Shown here in pieces: positions 52,279 to 64,000 of a stretch of 64,000 nt of DNA. The position numbers were made by a program, and so were the translations under genes. The notes under the pieces were generated by a model that made no database searches, was not told the origin of the DNA, and saw only the letters and a list, made by a program, of their open reading frames with translations. The DNA is from Takakia lepidozioides (lineage: Eukaryota > Plantae > Bryophyta): the NCBI GenBank assembly GCA_030704615.1, contig CM060731.1:48546001-48610000 (forward strand), read 5' to 3'. Position 1 is the first letter of the stretch. Every line of letters begins with the position of its first letter.

Positions 52279-55200
52279 TTATTTTACCACATGGTCTCTT
52301 GTCTCCATCTGTCGCCTCACAAGGTCTTCTACTCGTTGTAGTGTAACACGCTGTCGGCCGCCCCGTGGTTTCAACTGGAACTTTATGTCTTCAGCTTCGA
52401 AGTCCCCCTACATCAACCCATGAAACCCATCACAATGAGGATCACACCTGAAGATATGTTGGATCCATGAGATCAGTATAAGAACTTTTGAGGACATCTG
52501 CAATGGACAGGCCACTAGAATACACAATATAACCAACAACCACTACCACATCTTTGTAGGCTTTATCTTTTAAACAAAAATGAATCTAGCATAACAAGCT
52601 TCAGAGTTCAACCCTAAATCACAGTTCCGGCCATCAGTTGGAGTCAGATCACTCCATGGAGGTAGACCGCAGATCTCCAGCTTGAGAGAAGCAAGAGTTC
52701 GACCATGTTCAGCAGAACTTCACCGGTTTGAAGGCCTAGACTTCATATAATTGGGATGATGTCTCTCGGTCAATTGCCAGGCATTCCTTTCCGATTCAAT
52801 TTGGCTGGGCAGTTATGGAACATATTCCTAATTGACTTCGGATAACTGTACATATACAGAAGGGGAAGAGGCTCCTATTTACGCTAACTCCGTTTGGCGT
52901 CACATATATGTAGATACACATATACAGGTTTCATATGATACCAACTGCAGGCCCTTGCTCTTCTGTTACCTGTGAAGGTGGACGGTGCAGGCCGGACATT
53001 TCATGTTTATCGCGCACAGCTTTATAAGCAAAGCGCTTCCCACAACCTGTGTGAGAGCAGCCGTATGGCTTCAGTTCCAGATGCACAGCCCTTATGTGCT
53101 GGTCCAGGTTGGATTTCTGATAAGCACCACAAAAAATCCCCATGCACTTTACATAAGAATTTCAGTCACCCTTTAGGGGATGCCTGCAGCAAAGATGATC
53201 TCTACAGTAGGTCCCAGAAAGACAGAAAGCAGTGAGATTCAAGGACAAGTTAACCACAATATGCTTATGCACAATTTGGTGAAACTTTTACTCATTCTTC
53301 TGCAAGTTTGGGTAATGGATCTGTCCTGCTGCTCAAGGTTGGTCTATGTTGTTTCCATTGGCTGTACCCAAAAAGAAGGTTCCATTGGCCAGGGATTCCA
53401 TTTGGTGCTACTATATCCACTTTCAAAGTTTTCTTGTTGAACCTGCATTCACTCTAAGGATCAGTCCTCCTCCGAATCCAAGGAACGTCTAGATGTTACT
53501 TGCTCATGCACACAAGAGGCTTGTGCTGTTGTCACAGATTGGATAAGTCTTGCCCTTGAACTTTACAGAATGTTCTGAAAGCTTCTGGCAGGTGTTGCCA
53601 TGTTTCTGCCTTCTTCAATTCAGTGACTAAAGACTCTCTTCAAAAGATCGCAAACCACCTATACATCACCATAAACAAGGGATCACCATAAAACGTACCG
53701 TGGAGTAACTAAATATGCAGCCAGGATAGGTGCATTGGAACAAGGGCGGTTTCTCATCATGCTTAAGAAGGTGCTGCTTTAACTGTTTCTTCGACATGGA
53801 TGTCCCACAGATGTCACATACTACATAGCTATGTGAAACTCTTATGTGAGCTCTCAGTTTTGTGAGGCATTGAAATATCTCTCCACAACCGGGCTCCATA
53901 CATGCTACTGCTTTGTACTCAATGGGCACCACTCCTGGTCACAATACAACCTCCACAATTAGAAAAGTAACAAAGGCTATTCTGCAGTTGATCACAATCT
54001 CTACAGCAAACCTGAACAATTTGCGACATAACTAAGGCTACTGTGCAGGGTAAACAGGTGAGTTCTGTAATAATAGCCTGTTACTATCCAACAACAACTA
54101 AAGACCCTGTAGTCCACACTGACCATTTACTATTGGCAAGTTTCCAGTTTCAAGATCTTGAATAAGAGGCTCTCTCATTGTATGCTTTTGTCCTGCAGGT
54201 TCAAAACCTTCAGTGGAGTTCCTCCTCTTGGTTCAGAAAAGCAATGTGTATAGAAAACTGTAGTTGCAGGCCACGCTAGCGTGACCAACGTGTCTGAAAA
54301 TCTTTGAGGAAATCCATTGTTTCACCTGTGATTATCCCTAGTATAAGAAGGGTCACTTGTAACCCCATCTCCAACTGAACAGAGGTATTGCTCTAAAATG
54401 ATACAAGTTAGCTGCAGATGGTGTCCAAATCAGTTCTACAAAAACCAACATTGAAACTGTGTCAAAAACTACTGCACATTTGAGTAAGTGTACCTGTATA
54501 TTCCATCTAGACACAGAGAACGTTGCCTGTAGATTTTTCGGTGGATGCAGCACCGGGACTTCCCAGGAGGTCACCCATCCAAGTACTATTCCGGCCCAAA
54601 GGCGCTTAACTTCAGAGTTCTGATGGGATCTGGTGTAGTAGCCTTGGTATGACCGCATCACTCCCATCTACAAAGTGATCAATGAATGCAAACCTGAATA
54701 GTTATAAAAGTACTTTGAATTGCAGGGGAATATATGAAACCAAGTGTCAGTAATCCACTCAAATACAAAAGAAAGACTGGTCAGCTCTGGTCAAGAGAAC
54801 ATTTTCATTGCCTTATGGATGTTTGGGAATTCAGATAAAGCAAGCTGTCTGGTCCACCCACCCACAAAGAAAAAGGAAAGCAGATAAGAAGTACCACTGA
54901 TCTTCGGCTGACTTTGCGAGTTAGACACTGCAACGATCTATTTCTCTACAACTAGACGGGACCCAGCATGCTGTTGAAAGATGGCGTCCCGCATCTAAAT
55001 GCCCATGTCATGGCAAACAGCTAATTGAGAAGGCTGAAACATTAAGGTGTGATCAGGTCAAGGTTGAGCATCCACAGTAAGAAGAGGCAGGAGCCAGAAT
55101 TGAAGTAAATGACTAGCAAAACGACTGACAGCTTACCATGGACATTATCTTTGTGAGTCCGCAAGAGAGACGGATAGCGAAAGGTTTTGCCGCAGCCTGG

Positions 55201-55446
55201 CTCGGAACACTCAAGATTTCCTTCTGATGCTCGCCTTTTACGATACCCCCCCAGTCTGGTTCCCCATTTCTCGTGCGCCTTGAGGTGTCTCTGCAGGTTT
55301 GCCTTAATGGTGAATGAAATCTTGCAACCCTCTACTGTGCACAAGAAGATTTTCCCCTGATGGGTTAATAGGTGGCGGTTGAGGTGATCTTGCCGCTTGT
55401 ACGCTCTGCCACAACCGGCCATGGTGCATTCAAAGGGTCTCTGCAT
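52279..55446 (-). CDS. TFIIIA: Transcription factor IIIA with seven visible C2H2 fingers; exons 55446-55137, 53934-53699, 53116-52970, 52407-52279
   Basis: In-phase GT-AG exons; YKRQDHLNRHLLTH, KSNLDQHIRAVH, RFAYKAVRDKHEMSGLH and the plant TFIIIA tail GDFEAEDIKFQLKPRGGR. The start codon at 55446 is inferred. Confidence 0.92.
54494..54667 (-). promoter_or_regulatory. Predicted 174-nt 5S-derived poison cassette exon of TFIIIA
   Basis: Acceptor tttgtag|ATGGGAG and donor TATACAG|gtacac; inclusion after the phase-1 donor at 55137 gives TGA at 54614-54612. Confidence 0.75.
54542..54660 (-). rRNA. Full-length 5S rRNA sequence (119 nt) embedded in a TFIIIA intron; probably exonized rather than a free gene
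   Basis: TGATGCGGTCATACCAAGGCTACTACACCAGATCCCATCAGAACTCTGAAGTTAAGCGCC...GGATGGGTGACCTCCTGGGAAGTCCCGGTGCTGCATCCA; single copy; no adjacent oligo-T terminator. Confidence 0.95.
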
Positions 55447-55659
55447 CTGAATCACCAAGTATAAACATTATATTGTCAAGGTTGCTGATGCAGCAACTAC
55501 ACCAAACAGCCGTCTGCATTTGAAAGACATAATCTGAGAAATCACCATAAACTCAGTACCTTCACAGCTTGCCTCGCGCCTTCACACTTTCCCAATCGGC
55601 GTCTGAGAAGTACAATTCCCAGTGAGATCCCTGAAGTCGGCAATGTCCCTTCATGCCAT

Positions 55660-55761
55660 AAACCCTAAAATGGAAATTTGCCTCTCCTTAAGCCCCGGTC
55701 TGTAGTCTGTAACACAAAGGGTAGCAAAAGGGTACCTGCGCCTGTAAATTGTAAACCCTAA
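55660..55761 (+). promoter_or_regulatory. Two telo-boxes (AAACCCTAA at 55660 and 55753) in the TFIIIA 5' region
   Basis: Exact motif matches; telo-boxes are typical of plant ribosome-biogenesis genes. Confidence 0.55.
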
Positions 55762-56013
55762 AATCTGGTCCGATGTGGTCTTCGTAGACTTGTGGTCTTC
55801 AGAGAAATTTTCGGATTGGCATTGGGCGAGAGTACGATTTGTTTCTCGTGATTGCCAGAGAGCCAAAGGCAGAGGAGAGAGAGAGAGAGAGAGAGAGTGT
55901 AATTATTGGAAAGACGTTTGTTTGCCGTAGCTTGTGGCAACAAATTGGAACAGCACTACCTTTGTGAGTACCGTCATATAGACAATTTATTCGTGTCTGC
56001 CTCAATCGCAGAG

Positions 56014-56122
<109 letters not shown>

Positions 56123-56124
56123 AC

Positions 56125-59100
56125 ATGGAGGAATCACCATTCCGATCGACAGTTTTGAGAGGAAAAGTGGCGCTGCTTACAGGTGGGGGGACAGGTATTG
56201 GACTTGAAATTGCTACGCAATTTGGCCTTCATGGAGCCAAGGTTGCTATCATGGGACGGAGGAAGCAAGTGTTGGATGCGGCCGTTATCGATCTTGGAGC
56301 CCTCGGTATTGAGGTGAATTCTAACGATTTTGATGTAGCAGGAATAGGAGTGAGGGGAAAATACTGAGTGGTTGAGGATGGGTTTCGGACAGGCCATAGG
56401 AGTGGAAGGGGACGTTCGGAAGAAGGAGGACGCCGCCCGAGTAGTAGAGACAGTGATTGAGCAGCTCGGGAGACTTGATATTCTCGTCAATGGCGCTGCT
56501 GGCAACTTTTTGTCTGCAGCGGAAGATCTCTCTCCTAATGGTTTCAAAACAGGCAAGACTCTCTAGGTGTCTTTCGACCACCAAGCAAAAGCAGACCAAT
56601 TCAGGTGGAATTCAAAAGTGAGACTTGGTTTGTCGGTTTTCTTTCTTTTCTTAGCGTGGCTATCCGTCCAAGGCCATCCTAAATTTTCGCTTCTGCCCTG
56701 TTCTAGGTACTGATCTTTCTGTATCTAATGTTTGCTTTGACAGTTATCGATATCGATACTGTGGGCACATTCACCATGTGCCATGCGGCCGTGCAATATC
56801 TGAAGAGGGGAGGAAAAGGGAAGGGCTCCTCGGAGAGCGGGGTTATCTTAAACATAAGCGCTACTTTGCAATTCACAGCGCAGTGGTACCAGATTCACTT
56901 ATCGGCAGCTAAGGTCTCTCTCTGTCTCTGTCTGTGCCTATCACAGATTTCTTTTGCTCTGATGGAGTGCAGTGGGTATTTTTAAGAGCTGACCAAGAGC
57001 GACAGTTGATCTAACTGCTGCCACCCCTCTTTGCAACATGATCTGAACCTTGCATGGATTGATGCCATGATGAAGATGATGAAGATGCAGCTTTCTTCAC
57101 ATGGGCAGGTTGACCCATTACCTTGAGGGATGACAGTGGCCACATTCTGTCATCCATCAGCCACACGACAATTTTATCCCTCACATACACTCACACACAC
57201 ACACACACAGCTGCTTTACAACTGGGCTGGTTGACTATTGACAATGGTGTGAGAAGCAAAGTCTTTATATCCAGTAGCACAATTTTGAATTGATGTTCGT
57301 TTTTAGCAGGTTGTGTTATTTGTATCTGAACAGAACAAGCTGGTTGCAACTGTGCAGGCAGCCATAGACAGCATCACTAGAAGTTTGGCTCTGGAGTGGG
57401 GAACAGACTATGGCATTCGAACTAATGGGATTGCACCTGGCCCTATAGCTGGCACCCCGGGCATGAACAAGCTGGTGCCAGAAGAAGCTGGGGTCAAGGT
57501 ACATGAGTGGGTGCCCTTGGGCAAGATGGGTGAAAAGTGGGATGTTGCCATGGCCTGTTTGTTCCTTGCGTCTGATGCAGGTCAGTCTCCCCCTCCCCCC
57601 AACTCGTTCTGCAGCCATCTATATTCTCTCTGTGTCTCTTAATCATCTGCATCTCGAGGGTGTCTGTTGAGCTGTATGCTCTGTAAGTGGTTCAAGTTGC
57701 TTGACATCAAACTCGTTATTTTTTTCTTTCTTTCTATCTTTCTCTTGATTTACCTCGTTCATCTAGTATCAGCAATGAAGACAAGACAGAGAAGTACTCA
57801 TGTGATGTTGTTTGTCATAGGCTTGTGGCCTGAGACCAACAAGAGAGAGTGTTGTTTAGTTATGTCAAGACTAGTTAGGTTCTAGATCATCTACATCTAG
57901 TTCCTGAAAGTTTAGAGACATCACACACCTGAACCATGTTCAGCCCTTTCAACATTAGATCTCTATATGTCATTCCCTAAACCACGATCTCGAGGCTGAG
58001 CCTAATTCCCTGGTCCTGTCGTGGTCGAACTTTTGGGCTGCTCACAGACAGCAGATTGAGGTGTGTGTGAGGTGCTTTCTAGAGGATATCTGGAAAGCCG
58101 AACTAATTGGTTATATCAAGGTGAGTCACACTACTGGGGTGAGCCCCTCACAAAGGTAGTGCCTATTCCCTATGTTTCCGCAAACTGGGCGCGGGGTGTG
58201 TGGCCACAAGGATACGGCAAACAAAGTCTTATTAACCACAGGACAATAGAAACCAGATTCTGAACTATAAAAGTTCGAGATCCAGTCAAATCATTCATAG
58301 ACTTCAGGTCTTAAGGATGTAGAAAACCTTCATGCATAGTTTCCTTTTGAACAAGCTCGTATGGTTGTTGAGAAAGTTAAGAAACTTAACAAGGTATCCT
58401 ATCTCAGGCCAGCTGTATACCTCATGTATGGCGTAAGGTTAGAAACCAGGAAAGAGGTGGTAGCTTGAGCCATCAGAATACTATTGAAAGTGCCTCATAG
58501 TGTTTCATACCATGGCTTATTCAAAATGCTGTCTACCATCACTAAATGATCAATGTGTCCAAGCTTAGGAGAGAAGTCATGTCTAAGAAGGAAGGTTTGA
58601 AGTAGAGGAAGCTTTTCCTACTTCTTCACCTATAATCTAAGATAGTTCAATCTCTTGAGACCTGTCACAGCCATAGACTATCATAATACATATATTCCAC
58701 AAAATAAGAAGATAACCATAAAACCAGATTAAGTGCATGTGGTAGCACTTGAGAAAGCATGGACCAGTAATGCTGCAGGTCCATATCATAGACCAAGCAG
58801 CCAAGCTAGCCCTCAGTTTTTCGTTGCCCACTTAGCCTTTCTTGTATGTTTACCATCTAAAGAAAGTGAAGCTGCCTCACCTAGTCTCATCATAGGCATG
58901 CACACACGACCATAGTTAGTGTCAATATGTGAGAAATACCAGATATGGTGCCACCCACTGAGGCAGCCTTATGTACTAGAGAGGGCTGCTAACAGCAATC
59001 CATTCTCTAGGAAGAGCATATTGCAGCTCCTTAACTCCATTCTGTAAACTCATAAAGAGCAAAAAGTGGCTCCTTAATGAGCACACCATAGGTCACTACC

Positions 59101-59493
59101 GTCTTTGCCACTTGTGAAAGGTTTACCCATTACTAAGCATGGGTCACACCTAATGTATATTCTGAGTATTTGATTGTAACCAAGGTACCATGGATTGTAA
59201 CTAGATAGCATGACGGTGAAAGCATCAGTTCCACCTACAAGGAGTGATGATGAAAAGCCTGTCTGATTAATACATGAATGCCACACTTTGGGTAGTATAC
59301 TGGAACTCCAGTTGAATGATCGTGTGATGCAGGTAAGTTTCTGAATGGAGCTACAATTCCTGTGGACGGGGGTGAGTGGCTTTTCAAACCACGCCGAGTG
59401 TCAAAAGAAGAATTACGTGGTTTTGGGAGGGCTGTTGAGAAACGATCAAGGGAGGGGCATCTTTCTAATGTGGCACTACATAGTAAGATGTGA
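56125..59493 (+). CDS. DECR2: Peroxisomal 2,4-dienoyl-CoA reductase (SDR family); exons 56125-56313, 56393-56552, 56744-56913, 57358-57580, 59333-59493
   Basis: [61 protein letters not shown]; C-terminal PTS1-type SKM. Confidence 0.93.
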
Positions 59494-61051
59494 ACAAGCT
59501 ACTGATAGAAGGTATGTATGTTGGAAGCTTTTAGATGTAACTGTCCCATCCCCTGTCGAAGCTGATCTCGAGGAGTTATAGCTGGGACTCTGGCCCCATG
59601 ATGTATGGGCATGTGCTATTTCAGATTTTTCAGTCTTAACTGCTGAGCTGTCTTCAGACCACTTATGTTAGGCTTTCTCTCTCTCTCTTTCTCTCTCTAT
59701 GGCAAACGTCTTATGATTACATTCTTTCTCTCTCTTTTGTATTATAAGTCTGGAGCATTCTATGATTGAAGTTATGACAGCTAGTCACTGTTATACAATT
59801 TGTCTCAATCTCTTAGATTAATTATCCAAGATGAGACTGCAGTAATTTTGGTTTGCTTCCTCTTTTTATTGTTTCTTCGTCTTTGTGACTCTCCTTGGTG
59901 TTTGCCTTATCCGTTTTTTCATTTTAAAAGCTCTTCTTTACCGTGGATATGGATATCTCATTTTTTCGATGATTACCTCTCAAATTGCGAGTTGAGAGTT
60001 TACTGTGCTCTGACGTTGATATATTTCAGATTCGGTATTGTTTCCTTACTCCTTTGTATAATGTTCAGGATCCTGAAGACTGGGAGAAAAGTCCCTTGGC
60101 ATGGAAAATGAGTTGTATAGACTATAGACCACTGCTATCCATCCATTTCAGAGGGTAGTGGTTGCGTTGATGGGCATGTAGTTGTATCTCACAGTATTGA
60201 TTCCCTCTATCTATTCTTTTTATGTCAGATGTTTGCCACCTGCAATCTTCCAACTAAAATCACTTCAAACTCGTGTCAGTGCATTGCTTGCCAGAACAAA
60301 AGCTTGACTGAATACTAGTGGCTAAATGACTACAATAGCAATTGCTGTTCTATGATAGTTTCCATTGGGATGTACAATGAACGACAGCTTTTTTGCTGAA
60401 TTGTGAGATATTTCTCTCCTAAACCAACTTTCTTTCTTTCTTTCTTTCCAAACATTATCTTTTATCGATTATCTTTCTCTCTTGAGCAGGTAGCCCAGTG
60501 TATGGGTGTTTGTGCCTTGCCTGCGCACAACCTAGGTGATCCTGGGTTCACTCCTTCAACATGTGCCTTCAGACCGTCCATTGGGCCCTCGATGGCCTGT
60601 GTGTTGAGCAGTAGGCTCTGTAAATTCACTGGACGTTATAGTAACTTTCTTTCTTCTTCCTTTCTTTCTCCTTAAGTGTAAAAAGTATTACCATCTGCAT
60701 CATTTTGACCAAATGTCTGTTTAGTACACATTCAATTAATTCAATTAATTCATCACAGCTCTGTCGTAACTCTAAGTCTCCGTTTCCCAGTTGTTGTTCA
60801 TAGAGAACGTGCTTACCACTAACTATATGCAAGCCAGGCAGAGGAGTCTGTGACATCATAACTCACTAGAGCTCATTACACAAAACACATGGACCATGTG
60901 GTAGACAAAGCTGCTGATCAGAGCATTGGGAGACCACCCCATGAGAATACTGAAGATATTCAATCGATACAAGACTTGCAAACTTGGTACATATATCGTC
61001 TGTGATACAGCTCTGCACCCACCATTTGTGCAACACATACATCATGGGCAG

Positions 61052-62158
61052 TTATGCTTTCTTTGCAGCTACGCTATCCGCCGGTTTTGCAACTTCATCC
61101 GAACTGCCACTGATTTCGGGTCGTTTGGGGCTCCTCTCGTCTTCTTCGATCTTCACCTTTCCGGTGACAACAGTGCGTACAGACCGCTTTCTCCTAGGCA
61201 CAACTGCTAAGCCTAGAAAGTGAGTCCGGAAGTAGCTGGAGCTTTCTTTAGTAGACTTCTGATCAGCAACTGGAACTCTTGAGGTTGAAGTGAGCGAACT
61301 CGGAAGGGTGGAAGCGAGGCCCGAATTCTTGGGAAGAGCGTTTTCTCGAGCTAAGTCCCCTTGCAAACCCCCTTGCAAGTTTTCCGTACAATTGGCATTT
61401 CGCCCGGTTGACGAACTTCTATGCAAATCCCCCTCCTGCTTGACGACCTGCCCCTCCCACGATTTAGCCGATTCAGGAGATATTTTTATTTGGATGTTAA
61501 CCAGCTGGTGTCTATCTGCGTCGTTGATAGTTCTGCCATTCTCTGTAGCGTCATCCCCACCTGCTGTAGAGGTTGGAGCAGAAGCAGCTGCATCTGGTTC
61601 TAGAGATATAGCTACTGCAACTTCTGATAGTGTGGTTAAGTAATTCCTAGTGATTGAGTTGGTGTCCAAACATTTGTCTTGTGATAATGACCTCAGTTTG
61701 CACCCCAATGAGCAGAATTCAGCCAGGGAGTCTTTCTTCAGACGCCATCCACATATGGTGCATAGTAAGACCTTGCTAACCTTCTTTGCCTTCTCATGAG
61801 CCTTCTTCTTGTACTTTTCAGGCACATAAGCTGATCGAAGATAAAAGATTTTTCGGGCGTTGATCATATACTCTTGGATTCCGGTAGTATCTACACGATC
61901 TTCAGCGTCTCTCAGACCTTCTATGTCGTCAACGTGGATTGCATTTCTCCGAGATGCCATTCGCACCTGCAGATTGTCATGTCCTTGGTGTTTGCAGGAG
62001 GCCAGGTTACAAAACGCAGATTTGCAGATGTGGCCTTCATGGCATTTCAGGCAGAAGAAATTCAAACATAGTTTGCTCTTCCGACATTCATTGCATGGAC
62101 CAAAGTACTCTGCCTCCACGAAATCCTTCATCCATTTGGGAAAGTCTTGGCCAGCCAT
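61052..62158 (-). CDS. PLATZ-family zinc-binding transcription factor, single exon, 368 aa
   Basis: PKW....YFGPC, NFFCLKC, HQGHDNLQVR, DTTGIQEYMINARKIFYL, CTICGWRL...FCSLGCKL. Confidence 0.88.
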   Translation of the reverse strand: MAGQDFPKWMKDFVEAEYFGPCNECRKSKLCLNFFCLKCHEGHICKSAFCNLASCKHQGHDNLQVRMASRRNAIHVDDIEGLRDAEDRVDTTGIQEYMINARKIFYLRSAYVPEKYKKKAHEKAKKVSKVLLCTICGWRLKKDSLAEFCSLGCKLRSLSQDKCLDTNSITRNYLTTLSEVAVAISLEPDAAASAPTSTAGGDDATENGRTINDADRHQLVNIQIKISPESAKSWEGQVVKQEGDLHRSSSTGRNANCTENLQGGLQGDLARENALPKNSGLASTLPSSLTSTSRVPVADQKSTKESSSYFRTHFLGLAVVPRRKRSVRTVVTGKVKIEEDERSPKRPEISGSSDEVAKPADSVAAKKA

Positions 62159-64000
62159 TCAGCTCCGGTGCCCTGCTTGAATTCCCTCGTCAGGGGTACG
62201 CTCCTGTACATATGGCCAACAGATTTCACGTACAACAAGTGCTAGCTAGCCTACTCACACAAATTTATCTTGCAGGAACTTGGAAGCCGAGCTACAAACT
62301 GAAAGATGCATGAATTAAAAGAGATTTTTGGACATGAGTTCATGAAACAATCAACTTGACAGGAGTCTTCTACCTTCAGCACTTTCCAACAGATTTAGCT
62401 TCCACGAGAGCCGGTGAAAACAAAATCTATGATTCAAAAGACTGATCTAGAAACTGATATGAGGGAACATAAGGTCAACAAGCGCAACTCAGCAACTGCA
62501 GTGCACCACAGTCATGCAATTGTATCTCGTGAAATCACATAGATGCATCAAAGTCTGTGGTCCGTGGCTGCCTTTTATTACGAACTGTGCCGGCTACAAA
62601 AGAAAGATTTGTCTAAATCTTTCCCCCACTTTTTCCCGCTCTTCTTTTCCAGACTTGTGTTCTCAGAACCGGGACAAGTAGTTTCAAATACACACAGACA
62701 TATATATATGGCAATTACTTTTGTTTTTACCAGAAAGGGGACGGAGCTCTTTTTGGGTTATGTTTTTTTTGTTTGTGCATACATGCTTTTTGGGCATTAC
62801 TTTTGATAATTACTTTTCAAAATTTCAAACATATATATCACATTTTTGAGTTAAGAAAAAGCAATTCCCCCTCCTCAAGGGCCTGATTGTGGGCAGGTTT
62901 CCTTTTTAAAATAAAAAAATAAAAACAAATTTCTTTTCCTCCTGTTTTCTTTTTCAGGATGGGAAAAAGGAGACGGCTTTAATCCTGAAGCTGAGATTAC
63001 CTCTAGGAAGGTAAGCTATTCCTTACATTCCATATTTTCCTGAACAGTAAATATTTGTTCTTCATTCTTAAGATTGACTATAATTTGGATAATTTTGCTA
63101 TCTCTCTGACCGAATGACCGAGAGTTGATAGAGTGCGATGCTTGTACTGATCTATCGGTTTGCTCAATTCACCAACATCCAACAACACACCCATAAGATT
63201 TCGCAGAGATTCCATGTCCATAGCTTTTTGGGGAAGGTCTGGAGGCTTGGGAGGCACCCAAGTCATCATTCACCAGCGTCGGGTGAAGCTGATTATACCT
63301 TTTCCAGTGCCACAGCCTGGACAGTTAATCTTTTGCATGCTGCGAGGCTTCCCTCCAATTCACTGCAAACAGGAAATCTAGACTGGGCCTCTTTCTCTGC
63401 GACCTCAGGAGAGCTAGCCCAGCTACAGCGAAGAGCACACACAGCACCCACCATCGCAGATTTTACTCTTGTAGTTGAAAGGTGTTATGAAAGCCTTGAT
63501 CATCAATATTGAATCTCGATCTCTGGGGAGTAGAATTGCGCACACTGGTCGAGTTATGCACACCAGGATATACTGCAAAGTGCAAGCGCAGTTCGGGACA
63601 AACCAACATTTGTAAATTAGAAGCCTAGGTGTGCAATTAAGGCCCGACTCGTGACTCTTCGTTGTTGACCCTCCACAAAGGTTAGGTTTCATCTACATGT
63701 TAGGTACGCGAATCGCCTCAATGGAAAACTGCTCTTCCGGACGCAAATTATCGTTCTATCTAGAGCTATATTATGACTAGTTCAAGTTCACACTTGTAGA
63801 ATATAAACGCACACATCTCATTCCTACCTCCAAACCTAGCTCTTTGATCACTTTCTCTGAACTCATGGATGTGGGATGTTACTTGACCTCCAAAATGCTT
63901 GCTACACCGCAAGTGTTTAACTTGATTCACGTTCATTTCTATCTCGAGTGGAAATCTTCTGAATGATCATGTAGTCCTCTAATATTCTGCCCTGTGTGAT

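Noticed and set aside
54542-54660. Free Pol III 5S rRNA gene or array
   Set aside because: Single copy, first base altered, no adjacent oligo-T terminator, and flanked by splice sites.
54353-54667. 104-aa ORF over the 5S sequence
   Set aside because: Incidental frame across rRNA sequence; the spliced TFIIIA frame is different and stops early.
60485-60560. tRNA gene (also 12962-13030 and 31868-31940)
   Set aside because: Weak A/B-box-like motifs without a cloverleaf; SINE-like at best.

Overview
Eukaryotic, intron-containing plant nuclear DNA; the 5S rRNA copy and PPR style point to a bryophyte-grade or other non-seed land plant. Host genes: 3' part of a TBC Rab-GAP (144-4000), a broken PLS-E PPR gene (14861-17054, -), a PAT1/SCL1-type GRAS factor (39148-41311), a four-repeat protein (43745-44437), TFIIIA (52279-55446, -) head-to-head with a peroxisomal 2,4-dienoyl-CoA reductase (56125-59493), and an intronless PLATZ factor (61052-62158, -). 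About 5-33 kb and 46-51 kb are nested transposon debris (L1-type and CRE-type LINEs, another non-LTR RT, SWIM/Mutator-like fragments, hAT MITEs, SINE-like heads, a degenerate satellite). Two highlights. (1) A retrotransposon polyprotein reads gag - zinc knuckles - aspartic protease - C5 DNA methyltransferase in one frame (9705-12935). (2) A full-length, near-canonical 5S rRNA lies in sense orientation inside a TFIIIA intron with splice sites and an in-frame stop, i.e. a poison exon; it sits in a different intron from the known angiosperm P5SM exon, in a gene showing only seven fingers. All calls were made by eye without database searches; TE boundaries are approximate.
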